DNA from: Minisyncoccia bacterium
Lineage (GTDB): Bacteria; Patescibacteriota; Minisyncoccia; Phycocordibacterales; JAACPR01
Reading direction: 5' to 3'
DNA: 64,000 nt
Assembly (NCBI GenBank): GCA_047639165.1
Contig: JBLINH010000001.1
Location: forward strand, 6,054 to 70,053
The notes beneath the pieces were generated by a model. The model was not told the DNA's origin, searched no databases, and saw nothing but the letters and a program-made list of their open reading frames with translations. This document shows positions 18,708 through 28,337 of the stretch, in pieces (within the stretch, counting starts at the first letter, position 1; each line of letters begins with the position of its first letter). Position numbers and translations under genes: made by a program.

Positions 18708-20360
18708 CTATTTCAATGGTAGTTCAATAGTGAATTTAGATCCTTTTCCTTCTCCTCCAGACTCTGCCCATATTCCTCCACAGTGTTCCTCTACAATCTT
18801 TCTCGCAATGTATAGTCCTAGTCCAGTTCCCTTAACTTCTTGTTGGTTAGCATTTGACGCTCTAATGAACTTCTCAAATAGTGATTCCATAGATTCTGCA
18901 GGAATTCCTACACCAGTATCTTCAAGTACAATCCTTACCTTGTTGCCGACCTTCTTTGATGAAAGTTTTATAGTTCCTTCTGATGTGTACTTTAGAGAGT
19001 TATCAATTAGGTTTATGATAACTTGTTTTAGTTTGTTCCTATCACCACTTATTACAAACTTAGAGTCTTTGTGTAGATCTGTTGTGAACTGAAGTCCACT
19101 TTCTGTAATTCCTGGTAGAAGTTCTTGATATGTTGTATTGAGTAATTCATTAATATCTACATCTTCTATATCGTACTTCATCTTACCAAGTTCGATTCTT
19201 GTTACGTCCAGATAGTCTGAAACCAAAAGAACAAGATCTCCTGTAGCTGATTGAACCTTTCCTAATGCTTCTGTTACACCCTTAGATATTTTTCCGTAGT
19301 CACCTTCAAGGATTAGGGATATATATCCTTTCATTGATGTAAGTGGTCCTCTAAGTTGGTGTGATGCAAGAGATACGAACTCTGACTTTTGTTTATCTAG
19401 AACCTTAAGGTTTGAGTTTGCAATCTGAAGATCTTTGGCAAGTTTCTCGATTTCTTCTCGCTGTAGTACTTCCTCTGATACTGATCGAATTAGGAGAACT
19501 CCGAAGATGACTGATATTCCTAGAGAAATTGATACAAGATATATAGCGATAATACTATCTCTAATTCCACCAACAAATAGTAGTGATGCGATGATAATCC
19601 AAAGAGCTACAACAAGAGCTTGAGAACCAAGGATCTTAGCCGAGAAAGATTTGTACTTAACCAGCATGTATGTAAGGAAACCAATGAATAGGGGCATTCC
19701 AAATAGTCCGAACTGAGCTATGTTCCAATTTTCTGTGAGACTACCTATGATGTTTCCAGATACGAAACTTGTTATAAAGATTATAATACCTGATGCAAAC
19801 GCGACAACTTCTCCTCGTTTCCTTCCAGAAGTTTTTCTTTTCTTTAGAGCTAATATTAATATTGATAGTAGATAGAATATTCCAAAGAAGTATACATAAT
19901 ATATTAAGAAATTACTTTCTTCGGCAGCACAACTAGAGAGATCCATCGCTGGAAGTAAATATGTTGTGGGCATTGTTACTATTATTGGAAGTAACAATAG
20001 TGTTAGTAAACCTTTTTGTCTAAAAGGTAGGTCTTTCCCTGTTATGAAGACATACGTTAGATAATATGAAAGCCCATATATTAACATTTCGGATAGAACT
20101 GTTAGTGACCAGAAGAATCTAGAAACATAAGTTGCATTTGTTGCCCATTGAATTACGTCACTAAACACCCAGAATATGAACAATGCTGATATGCTAGCAA
20201 AAAGCATAGTAACTAAATCTCTCCTTCGAGAAAGAATATATATAGTAGCTACCAAAGCAGTAATAATCGCAATACCATGTGAATAGTAAAGCAACGGCGG
20301 TATGTTTTCTGACACAACAATATATGTTGCTGGGTTCCAGGGGCACAAATAATTATCCAT
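18708..20360 (-). CDS. Sensor histidine kinase with an N-terminal multi-TM (7TMR-like) sensor
   Basis: About 7 TM helices, then HisKA (LASHQLRGPLTSMKG) and HATPase_c (GTGLGLYIARKIVEEHCG). Confidence 0.85.
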   Translation of the reverse strand: MDNYLCPWNPATYIVVSENIPPLLYYSHGIAIITALVATIYILSRRRDLVTMLFASISALFIFWVFSDVIQWATNATYVSRFFWSLTVLSEMLIYGLSYYLTYVFITGKDLPFRQKGLLTLLLLPIIVTMPTTYLLPAMDLSSCAAEESNFLIYYVYFFGIFYLLSILILALKKRKTSGRKRGEVVAFASGIIIFITSFVSGNIIGSLTENWNIAQFGLFGMPLFIGFLTYMLVKYKSFSAKILGSQALVVALWIIIASLLFVGGIRDSIIAIYLVSISLGISVIFGVLLIRSVSEEVLQREEIEKLAKDLQIANSNLKVLDKQKSEFVSLASHQLRGPLTSMKGYISLILEGDYGKISKGVTEALGKVQSATGDLVLLVSDYLDVTRIELGKMKYDIEDVDINELLNTTYQELLPGITESGLQFTTDLHKDSKFVISGDRNKLKQVIINLIDNSLKYTSEGTIKLSSKKVGNKVRIVLEDTGVGIPAESMESLFEKFIRASNANQQEVKGTGLGLYIARKIVEEHCGGIWAESGGEGKGSKFTIELPLK

Positions 20361-20440
20361 GTATATGTTTAAATAAGTTTAATACTAAACCTATCGTATC
20401 CACCTCCGAACATATAAGCAATCTTTATTTCCACATATTT

Positions 20441-21349
20441 TTAATTAAAAAGTAATAGAACACCGATGAGTATTATAATGACAGAAATTAATTTCTGTAA
20501 AAAGGATTTAATATCAAGTTTTTCTTTAAATATATTTGGCAATATTGTAGCCAAGACGAAGCTTATAAACAAAGTAAAGAAAGGCTGTAGACCACTTACT
20601 GTCTGAACCATTGCAAGAGGCGCTAGTAAAGTAGCAAAACCAAAAGTAATCATCGATACCATTGCAATAGCTTCATTTAGGGTATTGATAGAGATAGCTT
20701 TTGTTGAATTTGATTTTAGTACACTCATAAAATCTCTTCTGTAGCTATCTTTAAACAAAAATAGTGTCAATCCAACTAATAGAAAACCAATATAGTTCCA
20801 GAATACAGTTGTCCAGAAATCTATCTCAATGGCAACGAATTTGAATAGTAGATCATTGAGTGCTAACAGAAATGAAGAAACAGCCATTAATATGAGTAAC
20901 TCCTTATTTAACTTAAATGTTTTTGTGTTTAGGGATATTAAGAATGCTCCTGTCACTATAAGTAATCCAGCTATAACCTGTTGTACTGATAGTACTTCCC
21001 CAAGAACTATAAAAGCTAAAATCAATCCAAAGAATGGAGTCATCTGTATAAGCGGAGCTACCGTAGAAACCTCATTTTTTTCAAGTGACTTTAAATATGG
21101 AAGTAAAGAAAGGACAAATATTATTCCGTTTAGTATGGATATGAAAATAAAGAAACTTCCTATACTTAATATTTCATCAGCTTTAAATATAAAAATAAAG
21201 GGGGTTACTAATCCCCCAATTAACGATGAAAATATTAACAGTGCTCCATAACCACCTTCTTTAAAATATTTAGAGAGTAAAAACTTATCGATAAAATTAA
21301 TTATAGATTCTAGAAATGGAGAGATTAGGGCAATAAAAAACCAGTTCAT
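20441..21349 (-). CDS. EamA/DMT-family transporter
   Basis: A 10-TM profile with duplicated EamA-like halves. Confidence 0.6.
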   Translation of the reverse strand: MNWFFIALISPFLESIINFIDKFLLSKYFKEGGYGALLIFSSLIGGLVTPFIFIFKADEILSIGSFFIFISILNGIIFVLSLLPYLKSLEKNEVSTVAPLIQMTPFFGLILAFIVLGEVLSVQQVIAGLLIVTGAFLISLNTKTFKLNKELLILMAVSSFLLALNDLLFKFVAIEIDFWTTVFWNYIGFLLVGLTLFLFKDSYRRDFMSVLKSNSTKAISINTLNEAIAMVSMITFGFATLLAPLAMVQTVSGLQPFFTLFISFVLATILPNIFKEKLDIKSFLQKLISVIIILIGVLLLFN

Positions 21350-21376
21350 GAATTACAGAATTTATATTAAACATCG

Positions 21377-21535
21377 TTACAACTCTTCCTCGAGAAGTTC
21401 TTCGTCATAGGGCTCAGATTCAAATACTTCAAAATCTTTATCTATGAAGTTACTTTTGTATGTAAATACTATTGAAATGACAATAAGTATTAATACAATC
21501 AGGAACAATGTTTTGCTTTTTATATCCATAGACAT
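21377..21535 (-). CDS. Small membrane protein with an acidic tail (52 aa)
   Basis: ATG at 21535. One TM helix and the C-terminal tail EPYDEELLEEEL. It falls below the ORF-track length cutoff. Confidence 0.3.
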   Translation of the reverse strand: MSMDIKSKTLFLIVLILIVISIVFTYKSNFIDKDFEVFESEPYDEELLEEEL

Positions 21536-21540
21536 ATATT

Positions 21541-21936
21541 TTAATAAAGGTCGTACTTAGTACCTCTGATTATAAGATGATGTTCAATTTCTTTCAAGTC
21601 GAAAGTTTCTTTGAAGTAGTTCAAGATGAAATCTACATCCATACCATTCTTACAAGTATAGACATCAGCACTCACAAAACCTTTAGCTGGAAATGAATGA
21701 ATACTAATGTGACTTTCAGCAATAGTAACTACTCCTGTCCATCCTCCAGGGTCCTTTTTACCGTTTGGTTCAGCTCTGTAAACAACTGGTTCAGATAACT
21801 TGATCATATCTAGCTTCTCTGGGAGCTCGTTCAAAACCTTCAAGACTGTCTCTTTGTCGTCTAATTTATCGCTATTACCGCCATAACCGTCTATTGTTAC
21901 GTGTTCTCCAAAATGAGTTGGTTCTTTGTCTGTCAT
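21541..21936 (-). CDS. speH: S-adenosylmethionine decarboxylase proenzyme (prokaryotic class 1, SpeH)
   Basis: The ESHISIHSFP self-processing (pyruvoyl) site. About 130 aa. Confidence 0.8.
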   Translation of the reverse strand: MTDKEPTHFGEHVTIDGYGGNSDKLDDKETVLKVLNELPEKLDMIKLSEPVVYRAEPNGKKDPGGWTGVVTIAESHISIHSFPAKGFVSADVYTCKNGMDVDFILNYFKETFDLKEIEHHLIIRGTKYDLY

Positions 21937-22012
21937 TGATTTGTATTATCGCGAAGTCTTGTAAACCTTATAATTCCATTATCATACAATCTATATAAAA
22001 GTCAATAGAAGA

Positions 22013-22050
22013 AGAGTGGGCGTCGTCAATTTTGACGACGCCCACTTATA
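22013..22050. terminator. Rho-independent terminator
   Basis: 12-bp GC-rich stem gtgggcgtcgtc/gacgacgcccac with loop aatttt. Confidence 0.65.
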
Positions 22051-22062
22051 ATAGTTTTTATA

Positions 22063-22311
22063 TCAGAGGGTGAATCTTTTCTTTTTCGATGACTTTTTTG
22101 ATGACTTTCCTAAAATAGGTGATCTGTTAATTTTACGATGTTTCTTGGGATTGTTGTTTTTCCCAACACCATGAGTATTCACATAATCAGGGGAATTATG
22201 AATCCCTGCTATTTTTTCGAGTATACCTAGCTCTTCAGAGCTATCTTCTTTGTAGTTATCACCGTCATCTAAACCGGTGCCTCTATTATTATAGTTTCTA
22301 CTCATATTCAT
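22063..22311 (-). CDS. Hypothetical small basic protein
   Basis: An ORF with a Lys-rich C-terminal tail and no recognisable domain. Confidence 0.3.
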   Translation of the reverse strand: MNMSRNYNNRGTGLDDGDNYKEDSSEELGILEKIAGIHNSPDYVNTHGVGKNNNPKKHRKINRSPILGKSSKKSSKKKRFTL

Positions 22312-22345
22312 AAAAAATACTATCAACCACTCCTATAAAAAGCAA

Positions 22346-22813
22346 CTAGCTATCAGATCTGTTTGTTAGAAGAAAAGATAGTAGTGGTATTGCGATCCAA
22401 ACTCCATATGGAACTTTCGATGTGAAAAATTCACTGAAAGGAAGACTGAAAGAATATATCTGACCAATTGGGAGCACGTGGTAGTACAAAACTAATACTA
22501 TTACTGTAGCTGCAATACTTAAAATAACTCCATCTAGAAACTTTCTTCCTCCAGAGTATAGTTTCTTGGCACCTGTGTTTTTTTCTAGAAGAAAGAAAAG
22601 GATTACAAAGATTAAAGCCCACGCCCCTATCCGAGCATAGATATTTTCCAAAGAAACATATGGAAGATTTTCAAATATTAAAGTAGTTGGATAGAAAAGT
22701 AGAATTAGCCTTGCAAGAACTTTTTTTCCTGCGTACATGGAAAGTGCAAAAAACAAAACAGCGATTGCAATAAGGATGATTACATCCAATGTGAGAAAAG
22801 CTAAATTTGGCAT
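22346..22813 (-). CDS. Hypothetical membrane protein
   Basis: 155 aa with 4-5 predicted TM helices. Confidence 0.45.
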   Translation of the reverse strand: MPNLAFLTLDVIILIAIAVLFFALSMYAGKKVLARLILLFYPTTLIFENLPYVSLENIYARIGAWALIFVILFFLLEKNTGAKKLYSGGRKFLDGVILSIAATVIVLVLYYHVLPIGQIYSFSLPFSEFFTSKVPYGVWIAIPLLSFLLTNRSDS

Positions 22814-22855
22814 GTTTTAATTATACAAAAAGTATTGAAGAAACAATACTATGTT

Positions 22856-23719
22856 TTACAGACCTTCTTTTTTCAAAGCCTCGATTGCGTCCTTTGCTTT
22901 CTTTGAAATATTAGTAGGTGTCTTGATTAGGATAGTAACAAACAGATCTCCATTTCCTCTGTTTGGTACTGGCACTCCCTTCCCTGCAATACGAAGTTGT
23001 TCACCGTGCTTTATTCCAACAGGTATTTTGATCTTCATCTTTCCATCCAATGTTTCAATTTCTTTGTTTATACCCAAAAGAGATTCAGTTAGTTTGATCT
23101 CAATAGTTGTTAGTAGGTGAACTCCTTGTTTTACCAAACTATCATGTGGAGTTACATATATTCGAACATATAGATCTCCAGGCCTACCATTTTGAAACGG
23201 TTCTCCTTTACCAGTTATTCTGATAACTTCTCCGTTATCAATTCCCTGTGGAATTGTAAAAGTAATGTCTTCTATGTCCCCTCTTGTATCTCTTTGAACT
23301 TTTACAGTCTTCTTCGCACCAAAGATAGATTCTTTGAAGTCGAGAGTAAGGTCCACTTGGATATCTCTTCCCTTTTGAACTCGTCCTCTACCTCCACCAA
23401 ACATCTGACCCAGAATGTCATTTATATCAAAGTCTGCTCCTCCTTGAGAGAATCCTGAGAAATCAAAACCTCCAAAGCCTTGTGCTCCTCCTCCCCCACC
23501 TCCACCAGAAAAGGCATTACCGAACTGATCGTACTGAGCTCTTTTCTGATCATCTGAGAGAACTGTGTAAGCTTCGTTTATCTCTTTGAATTTAGCTTCA
23601 TCTCCGGATGGTTTGTCTGGGTGGTACTTTTGAGCAAGCTTTCTGAAAGCTTTTTTAACATCTTCTTTAGATGCTTCCTTGTCTACTCCTAGAGTTTTGT
23701 AGTGATCTTTTGTTGCCAT
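22856..23719 (-). CDS. dnaJ: J-domain co-chaperone (type II DnaJ/CbpA-like, no zinc finger)
   Basis: J-domain with HPD ([15 protein letters not shown]), a Gly-rich linker, and the C-terminal substrate-binding domains. No CxxCxGxG repeats. Confidence 0.85.
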   Translation of the reverse strand: MATKDHYKTLGVDKEASKEDVKKAFRKLAQKYHPDKPSGDEAKFKEINEAYTVLSDDQKRAQYDQFGNAFSGGGGGGGAQGFGGFDFSGFSQGGADFDINDILGQMFGGGRGRVQKGRDIQVDLTLDFKESIFGAKKTVKVQRDTRGDIEDITFTIPQGIDNGEVIRITGKGEPFQNGRPGDLYVRIYVTPHDSLVKQGVHLLTTIEIKLTESLLGINKEIETLDGKMKIKIPVGIKHGEQLRIAGKGVPVPNRGNGDLFVTILIKTPTNISKKAKDAIEALKKEGL

Positions 23720-23750
23720 GTGAGAGTGATTTTAGCAGAAAATACGGGCG

Positions 23751-23780
23751 TTGACAATATATTAAATATAGTGGTAATGT
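23751..23780 (+). promoter_or_regulatory. Sigma-70-like promoter with an extended -10 (TTGACA-18-TGgTAATGT)
   Basis: TTGACA at 23751-23756, TG at 23772-73, and TAATGT at 23775-80. Confidence 0.4.
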
Positions 23781-23806
23781 TTTGTGGAACTCAACCTGTA
23801 CCATTT

Positions 23807-24115
23807 ATGAAAATACAAAGACTCGTAGTTAATCTCGGCACAAAAAGTTCTTTTGTCCATAAGAATTATCCTGTAGATATACATCCTCAAATTGGTTGGT
23901 GCTACCATTTTTTGGATGATAAAAATTATTCTTTCATAGTTGTAGATATTTATAAAAGTCCAAGTTTTGGAGAAAATAATATACCTAGGTGGCAGGGCGA
24001 TATATCCTGTAGCACTTCTGTTGTTATGGAACTTTGCCAACCGTTTTTTAATGATACGGTAGAGTATTTAACTACAGAGCTTGAAAAGAGAGATTTTAAG
24101 AAGTTACGAAAATAA
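23807..24115 (+). CDS. Hypothetical Cys/His-containing small protein (102 aa), convergent with dnaK
   Basis: An ORF with its own upstream promoter-like element, ending at a bidirectional terminator. The alternative start at 23702 overlaps dnaJ. Confidence 0.4.
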   Translation: MKIQRLVVNLGTKSSFVHKNYPVDIHPQIGWCYHFLDDKNYSFIVVDIYKSPSFGENNIPRWQGDISCSTSVVMELCQPFFNDTVEYLTTELEKRDFKKLRK

Positions 24116-24140
24116 CTTTATCTTCTAAACTTTTATTTAA

Positions 24141-24172
24141 AAAGACCGCCAGTACTGGCGGTCTTCTTTTTT
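24141..24172. terminator. Bidirectional rho-independent terminator (dnaK on minus, small ORF on plus)
   Basis: 10-bp stem agaccgccag/ctggcggtct with loop ta, and T-runs on both sides. Confidence 0.75.
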
Positions 24173-24174
24173 AT

Positions 24175-26076
24175 TTATTTCTCCTCCTTGTCTTTCTTTT
24201 CTTCTTCCCCTTCCTCCTCTACTTCAGCATCTCTCACTCCTTCTTCTTTCTTTTCCTCTCCCTCTTTTGGAGCTTCTTGCTTACTCATGATCTCTCCGAT
24301 CTTTTGCATTTCATTTGAAAGATCTTCAGTAGTTCTTTTCATATCCTCTAGGCTGTCTTTAGCTGGAGCTTCTCGTACCAACTTTATCTTCTCTTCTATA
24401 GATCGTTTCAAGTCTTCCGGCACCTTATCTCCCGCGTCTTTCAGACTTTTCTCTGCAGTGTGAGCTAACTGCTCTCCTAGGTTCTTTGCATCAACAAGTT
24501 CTTTCTTTTTCTTATCCTCCTCTTCGTGCGCCTCAGCATCTTTTGTCATTTTGTTTACCTCATCATCAGATAGACCTGAACTAGCTTCAATCTTTATACT
24601 CTGCTCTTTTCCAGATGCTTTGTCTGATGCCTTTACATTAAGGATTCCGTTAGCATCAATATCAAATGATACTTCGATTTGAGGCATACCACGTTGTGCT
24701 GGTGGAATTCCATCTAGGATAAATCGTCCAAGACTTTTGTTGTCAGCTGCCATAGCTCTTTCTCCTTGTGAGATATGGATTTCAACTTGTGTCTGATTAT
24801 CAGCTGCAGTTGAGAATGTTTGCGACTTGTTAGCTGGAATTGTTGTGTTCTTCTCAATTAGTTTTGTAGCCACACCTCCCATAGTTTCAATACCAAGTGA
24901 AAGTGGAATCACATCAAGTAGAAGAACATCTTTAACATCTCCTTGCATGATACCTCCTTGAAGCGCTGCTCCAAGTGCAACAACCTCATCAGGGTTAATT
25001 GATTTGTTAGGTTCTTTACCAAACAGTTTTTGTACCTCCTGTTGAATCTTAGGCATTCTTGTTTGTCCCCCAACCAAAATGATTTCATCAATGTCTTTTA
25101 TCTCAAATGGAGATGCATCAACTGCTCGCTTTGTAATTTCAATAGCTCTTGAAATATACTCATCTGCAAGCTTCTCAAGTCCAGTTCTTGTTAGCTTAAG
25201 TATAAGGTGTTTTGGACCTTCAGCGTCAGATGTGATAAATGGGATGTTAATCTCACTCTCACTAGCCGTTGAAAGCTCCAATTTGGCCTTCTCAGCCGAT
25301 TCATCTAGTCTTTGTAGTGCTAGAGGGTCTTTTGAGATATCAATGCCAGAATCCTTCTTAAACTCAGTAATTATCCACTTGATGATTTCTTGGTCAATAT
25401 CCTTTCCTCCCATATGAGCATCACCGTCAGTTGATTTAACTTCAACAACGTCGTCTCCCACTTCCAAGACTGAAACATCGAATGTTCCACCTCCAAAGTC
25501 GAATACTACAATCTTCTCTTCTTTGTTCTTATTGAACCCGTAAGCCAAAGCTGCGGCTGTTGGTTCGTTTATAATTCTTTTTACTTCAAGTCCTGCGATC
25601 TTTCCAGCATCTTTAGTAGCTTGTCTTTGCGCATCATTAAAATACGCAGGTACTGTGATTACAGCCTGAGTAACAGGTTCTCCTAGTTTAGCTTCAGCGT
25701 CAGCCTTTAGTTTCTGCAAAATCATGGCTGATATTTCTTCAGGTCTATGACTCTTATCTCCCATCTTTACTAAAACTCCATCGTTGTCTCCTTTTGAGAT
25801 TTCAAATGGTACAATTTTTTGGTCTTTTTCTACAACAGAATCTCCGAACGAGTGTCCAATGAATCTCTTAATACCAAATACAGTATTCTGAGGATTTGTT
25901 ACTGCTTGTCTTTTGGCTAGTTGACCAACAAGTCTTTCACCAGTCTTTGATATAGCGACTATAGAAGGGGTAGTTCTATTTCCCTCTGTGTTTTCAAGTA
26001 TTGTTGGTTCTCCTCCCTCGATTACAGCAACTGCTGAGTTTGTAGTTCCTAGATCTATTCCAATGATTTTTGACAT
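24175..26076 (-). CDS. dnaK: Molecular chaperone DnaK (Hsp70)
   Basis: [14 protein letters not shown], 633 aa, and an EEK-rich C-terminus. Confidence 0.95.
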   Translation of the reverse strand: MSKIIGIDLGTTNSAVAVIEGGEPTILENTEGNRTTPSIVAISKTGERLVGQLAKRQAVTNPQNTVFGIKRFIGHSFGDSVVEKDQKIVPFEISKGDNDGVLVKMGDKSHRPEEISAMILQKLKADAEAKLGEPVTQAVITVPAYFNDAQRQATKDAGKIAGLEVKRIINEPTAAALAYGFNKNKEEKIVVFDFGGGTFDVSVLEVGDDVVEVKSTDGDAHMGGKDIDQEIIKWIITEFKKDSGIDISKDPLALQRLDESAEKAKLELSTASESEINIPFITSDAEGPKHLILKLTRTGLEKLADEYISRAIEITKRAVDASPFEIKDIDEIILVGGQTRMPKIQQEVQKLFGKEPNKSINPDEVVALGAALQGGIMQGDVKDVLLLDVIPLSLGIETMGGVATKLIEKNTTIPANKSQTFSTAADNQTQVEIHISQGERAMAADNKSLGRFILDGIPPAQRGMPQIEVSFDIDANGILNVKASDKASGKEQSIKIEASSGLSDDEVNKMTKDAEAHEEEDKKKKELVDAKNLGEQLAHTAEKSLKDAGDKVPEDLKRSIEEKIKLVREAPAKDSLEDMKRTTEDLSNEMQKIGEIMSKQEAPKEGEEKKEEGVRDAEVEEEGEEEKKDKEEK

Positions 26077-26141
26077 AGTTTTTATATATTTAGTTTATAA
26101 GGTGATGAATATTGTAAGACAAAATGTTTTATTTGTAAATA

Positions 26142-26675
26142 CTATTTTGTACTCCCTACCTTTACGTTCGCTGGTCTGATAAGCTTGTCGTTAAGTTCGT
26201 ATCCTTTCTGTATAACTTCCATGACTTTTCCCTCCTCACCCTCTACATTCTCTATAGAGTTATGAAGGTTTGGATCAAAAGTTTCTCCTAAAGGACTAAG
26301 TATCCTTACCCCGTTGTTTTCTAAGGTGCTTTTCAGTTGTGTGTAGATATATTCAATCCCCACTCTCCAGTTCTCTGGGGCTTTCTCCCAAGCCACCTTA
26401 TCCTTAAATGCCATATCAAAACTATCAAGAACAGGAATAATTTCCAGGATGAAAGATTCTGTAGAATACTTGGCGAAGTCTCTTTTCTCTTGTTCCAATC
26501 TTTTCTTAAGATTGATACTGTCTGCTTGAGCTCTTTGCCACCCATCTAAATATTCTTGTTTCTCCTCCTTACAATTCTTTAGTTCTTTTTTTAGTTTTTC
26601 TATTTTTGAGGTTTCCTCGTCTTCAAAAACAACATCGTCGAAAAACTCTTCTTCTTTTGGTTTCTTTTTTAGCAT
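26142..26675 (-). CDS. grpE: Nucleotide exchange factor GrpE
   Basis: Coiled-coil N-terminus and GrpE core (FDMAFKDK...). Confidence 0.85.
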   Translation of the reverse strand: MLKKKPKEEEFFDDVVFEDEETSKIEKLKKELKNCKEEKQEYLDGWQRAQADSINLKKRLEQEKRDFAKYSTESFILEIIPVLDSFDMAFKDKVAWEKAPENWRVGIEYIYTQLKSTLENNGVRILSPLGETFDPNLHNSIENVEGEEGKVMEVIQKGYELNDKLIRPANVKVGSTK

Positions 26676-26765
26676 ATTGTCCGCGTGATTATATCAGAGA
26701 AAATAAGGTTTGACAATACATTATTCATATGATTATGTTGTACGGAAAGGAACACAACTATAATT

Positions 26766-27146
26766 ATGAAAAAATTTCAAAAGATAATCTGTGATTTACT
26801 TATAGAACGAACAGAGATTGTTTTAGGCGAGAGACTTTCTGTTAGTCCTAAAGCTATAAAAGATTGGGCTAATGGAAAATCATTACCTCAAAGTGCAGAA
26901 TTTTATGGGATACTCTTACGTTTATCTACTATATCAACAATAAGTAAAGAAACTCTCAAAGAAATTTACAACGAAGAAGTTGATGAAAAACTAAAGATTG
27001 ATAAAGAAAATGATTCAAAAGTTTTGGAAGAGAAAATTACCACCGGGGATCTGTATGATATTCACAGAATGTTGGAAGGAGCTGAAATGCAGTCTATAAC
27101 AATCAAAAACCTCTTATCTCTCAGAGACGTTGTCTCAAAATCATAG
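26766..27146 (+). CDS. XRE-family helix-turn-helix transcriptional regulator
   Basis: LGERLSVSPKAIKDWANGKSLPQ resembles HTH_XRE. Divergent from grpE-dnaK. Confidence 0.55.
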   Translation: MKKFQKIICDLLIERTEIVLGERLSVSPKAIKDWANGKSLPQSAEFYGILLRLSTISTISKETLKEIYNEEVDEKLKIDKENDSKVLEEKITTGDLYDIHRMLEGAEMQSITIKNLLSLRDVVSKS

Positions 27147-27157
27147 ACAAAGATCTA

Positions 27158-27192
27158 AAAAACCGCTCATCCAAATGGATGAGCGGTCTTTC
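27158..27192. terminator. Bidirectional rho-independent terminator
   Basis: 11-bp stem accgctcatcc/ggatgagcggt with loop aaat, flanked by A- and T-runs. Confidence 0.7.
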
Positions 27193-27193
27193 G

Positions 27194-27601
27194 TTATCTC
27201 TTACTCCACTGTGCAGCCTTTCGAGCTTTCTTCAATCCGAATTTCTTTCGTTCTACTACTCGAGGGTCTCTCTTCATGTATCCTAGTTTCTTCAATCCTC
27301 CTCTTAGTTCAGCGTTAAATTCAACTAGAGCTCTTGCAGTTCCAAGTCTCAAGCTTTCTGCTTGTGAGTTAGTCCCCCCTCCTTTTATCTTTGCAGTAAC
27401 TGTAAACTTTTGTTCCAGTTCTATATCATTAAAAGCGGCTTGTGCGATATTTTGTAAATTCTCAGTCTTGAAGTACTCATCAAGATTTTTATCGTTGACA
27501 GTTAGAGATGCTTTCTTACTTGGAGTAATTCGAACACGAGCAACAGATTCTTTTCGTCTTCCAATTCCCTCTATGTATTTCTCTGTAGTTTTAGTTGCCA
27601 T
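27194..27601 (-). CDS. rpsI: 30S ribosomal protein S9
   Basis: C-terminus GGGTNSQAESLRLG...KKARKAAQWSKR. Confidence 0.9.
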   Translation of the reverse strand: MATKTTEKYIEGIGRRKESVARVRITPSKKASLTVNDKNLDEYFKTENLQNIAQAAFNDIELEQKFTVTAKIKGGGTNSQAESLRLGTARALVEFNAELRGGLKKLGYMKRDPRVVERKKFGLKKARKAAQWSKR

Positions 27602-27602
27602 A

Positions 27603-27941
27603 TTATTCGGTTACTTTTAAGTTCTTAAGCATACCATCTCTCAACTTGTTAGATGGAAGCATTTTCTTTACTGCTCGTTTAATAACTTCACTATATCCTT
27701 TCTTTGCGATAAGTTCTGTAAGTTTCTCATACTTTAGTCCACCAGGATATCCAGTGTATCTTTTGTATCTCATTTGATTCTCTTTCTTTGGAGCGATAGA
27801 AAGCTTTGAAGCGTTGGTGATGTGAACCTTACCTCCAATTTTGTTTGGAGCGTAGTCAACACTATCTTTTCCAAGAAGTGTTGTGGCAGCTTCTGAAGCG
27901 ATTCTACCTAGTATTTTGTTTTCTGCGTCGATTGTTTTCAT
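27603..27941 (-). CDS. rplM: 50S ribosomal protein L13
   Basis: MKTIDAENKILGRIASEAA. Start chosen at the internal Met just after the rplQ stop. Confidence 0.85.
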   Translation of the reverse strand: MKTIDAENKILGRIASEAATTLLGKDSVDYAPNKIGGKVHITNASKLSIAPKKENQMRYKRYTGYPGGLKYEKLTELIAKKGYSEVIKRAVKKMLPSNKLRDGMLKNLKVTE

Positions 27942-27945
27942 GATT

Positions 27946-28296
27946 TTATACAAATTCAATGTGAGCCATTTTAGCAGCATCCTCAGCTCGTAAAGGTAGC
28001 TTTGTGATCCTTGTGTACCCACCTTCTCTATCTTTATAGATAGGAGCGATTTTAGTAACTAGTTTATTACTAAGATCTTCACTTCTAATTCTAGAGTTGA
28101 TTAATCTTCGTGTAGCAACTGAATCCACCTTAGCCTTAGTCAAAAGCTTCTCAATGTATGGTCGTAGTTCTTTAGCTTTAGCTTCTGTCGTAATGATCTT
28201 TTCATCCCTGATCATGTTACGTGCCAAAGAGCTCATCAATGCTTTATATTGATTAGCTTTTCGTCCAAATTTTCTTTTGGCTTTGTGGTGTTTCAT
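27946..28296 (-). CDS. rplQ: 50S ribosomal protein L17
   Basis: MKHHKAKRKFGRKANQYKALM. Confidence 0.9.
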   Translation of the reverse strand: MKHHKAKRKFGRKANQYKALMSSLARNMIRDEKIITTEAKAKELRPYIEKLLTKAKVDSVATRRLINSRIRSEDLSNKLVTKIAPIYKDREGGYTRITKLPLRAEDAAKMAHIEFV

Positions 28297-28337
28297 GGAT
28301 TTCTAGATTACTACGGTCAGAGGTTTAAGTAAAGGGG

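Noticed and set aside
26676-26765. Searched for a CIRCE (TTAGCACTC-N9-GAGTGCTAA) heat-shock operator upstream of grpE.
   Set aside because: No match was found. The closest partial (agcactc-N9-tgagata at about 15031) is outside any chaperone promoter and lacks the second arm.
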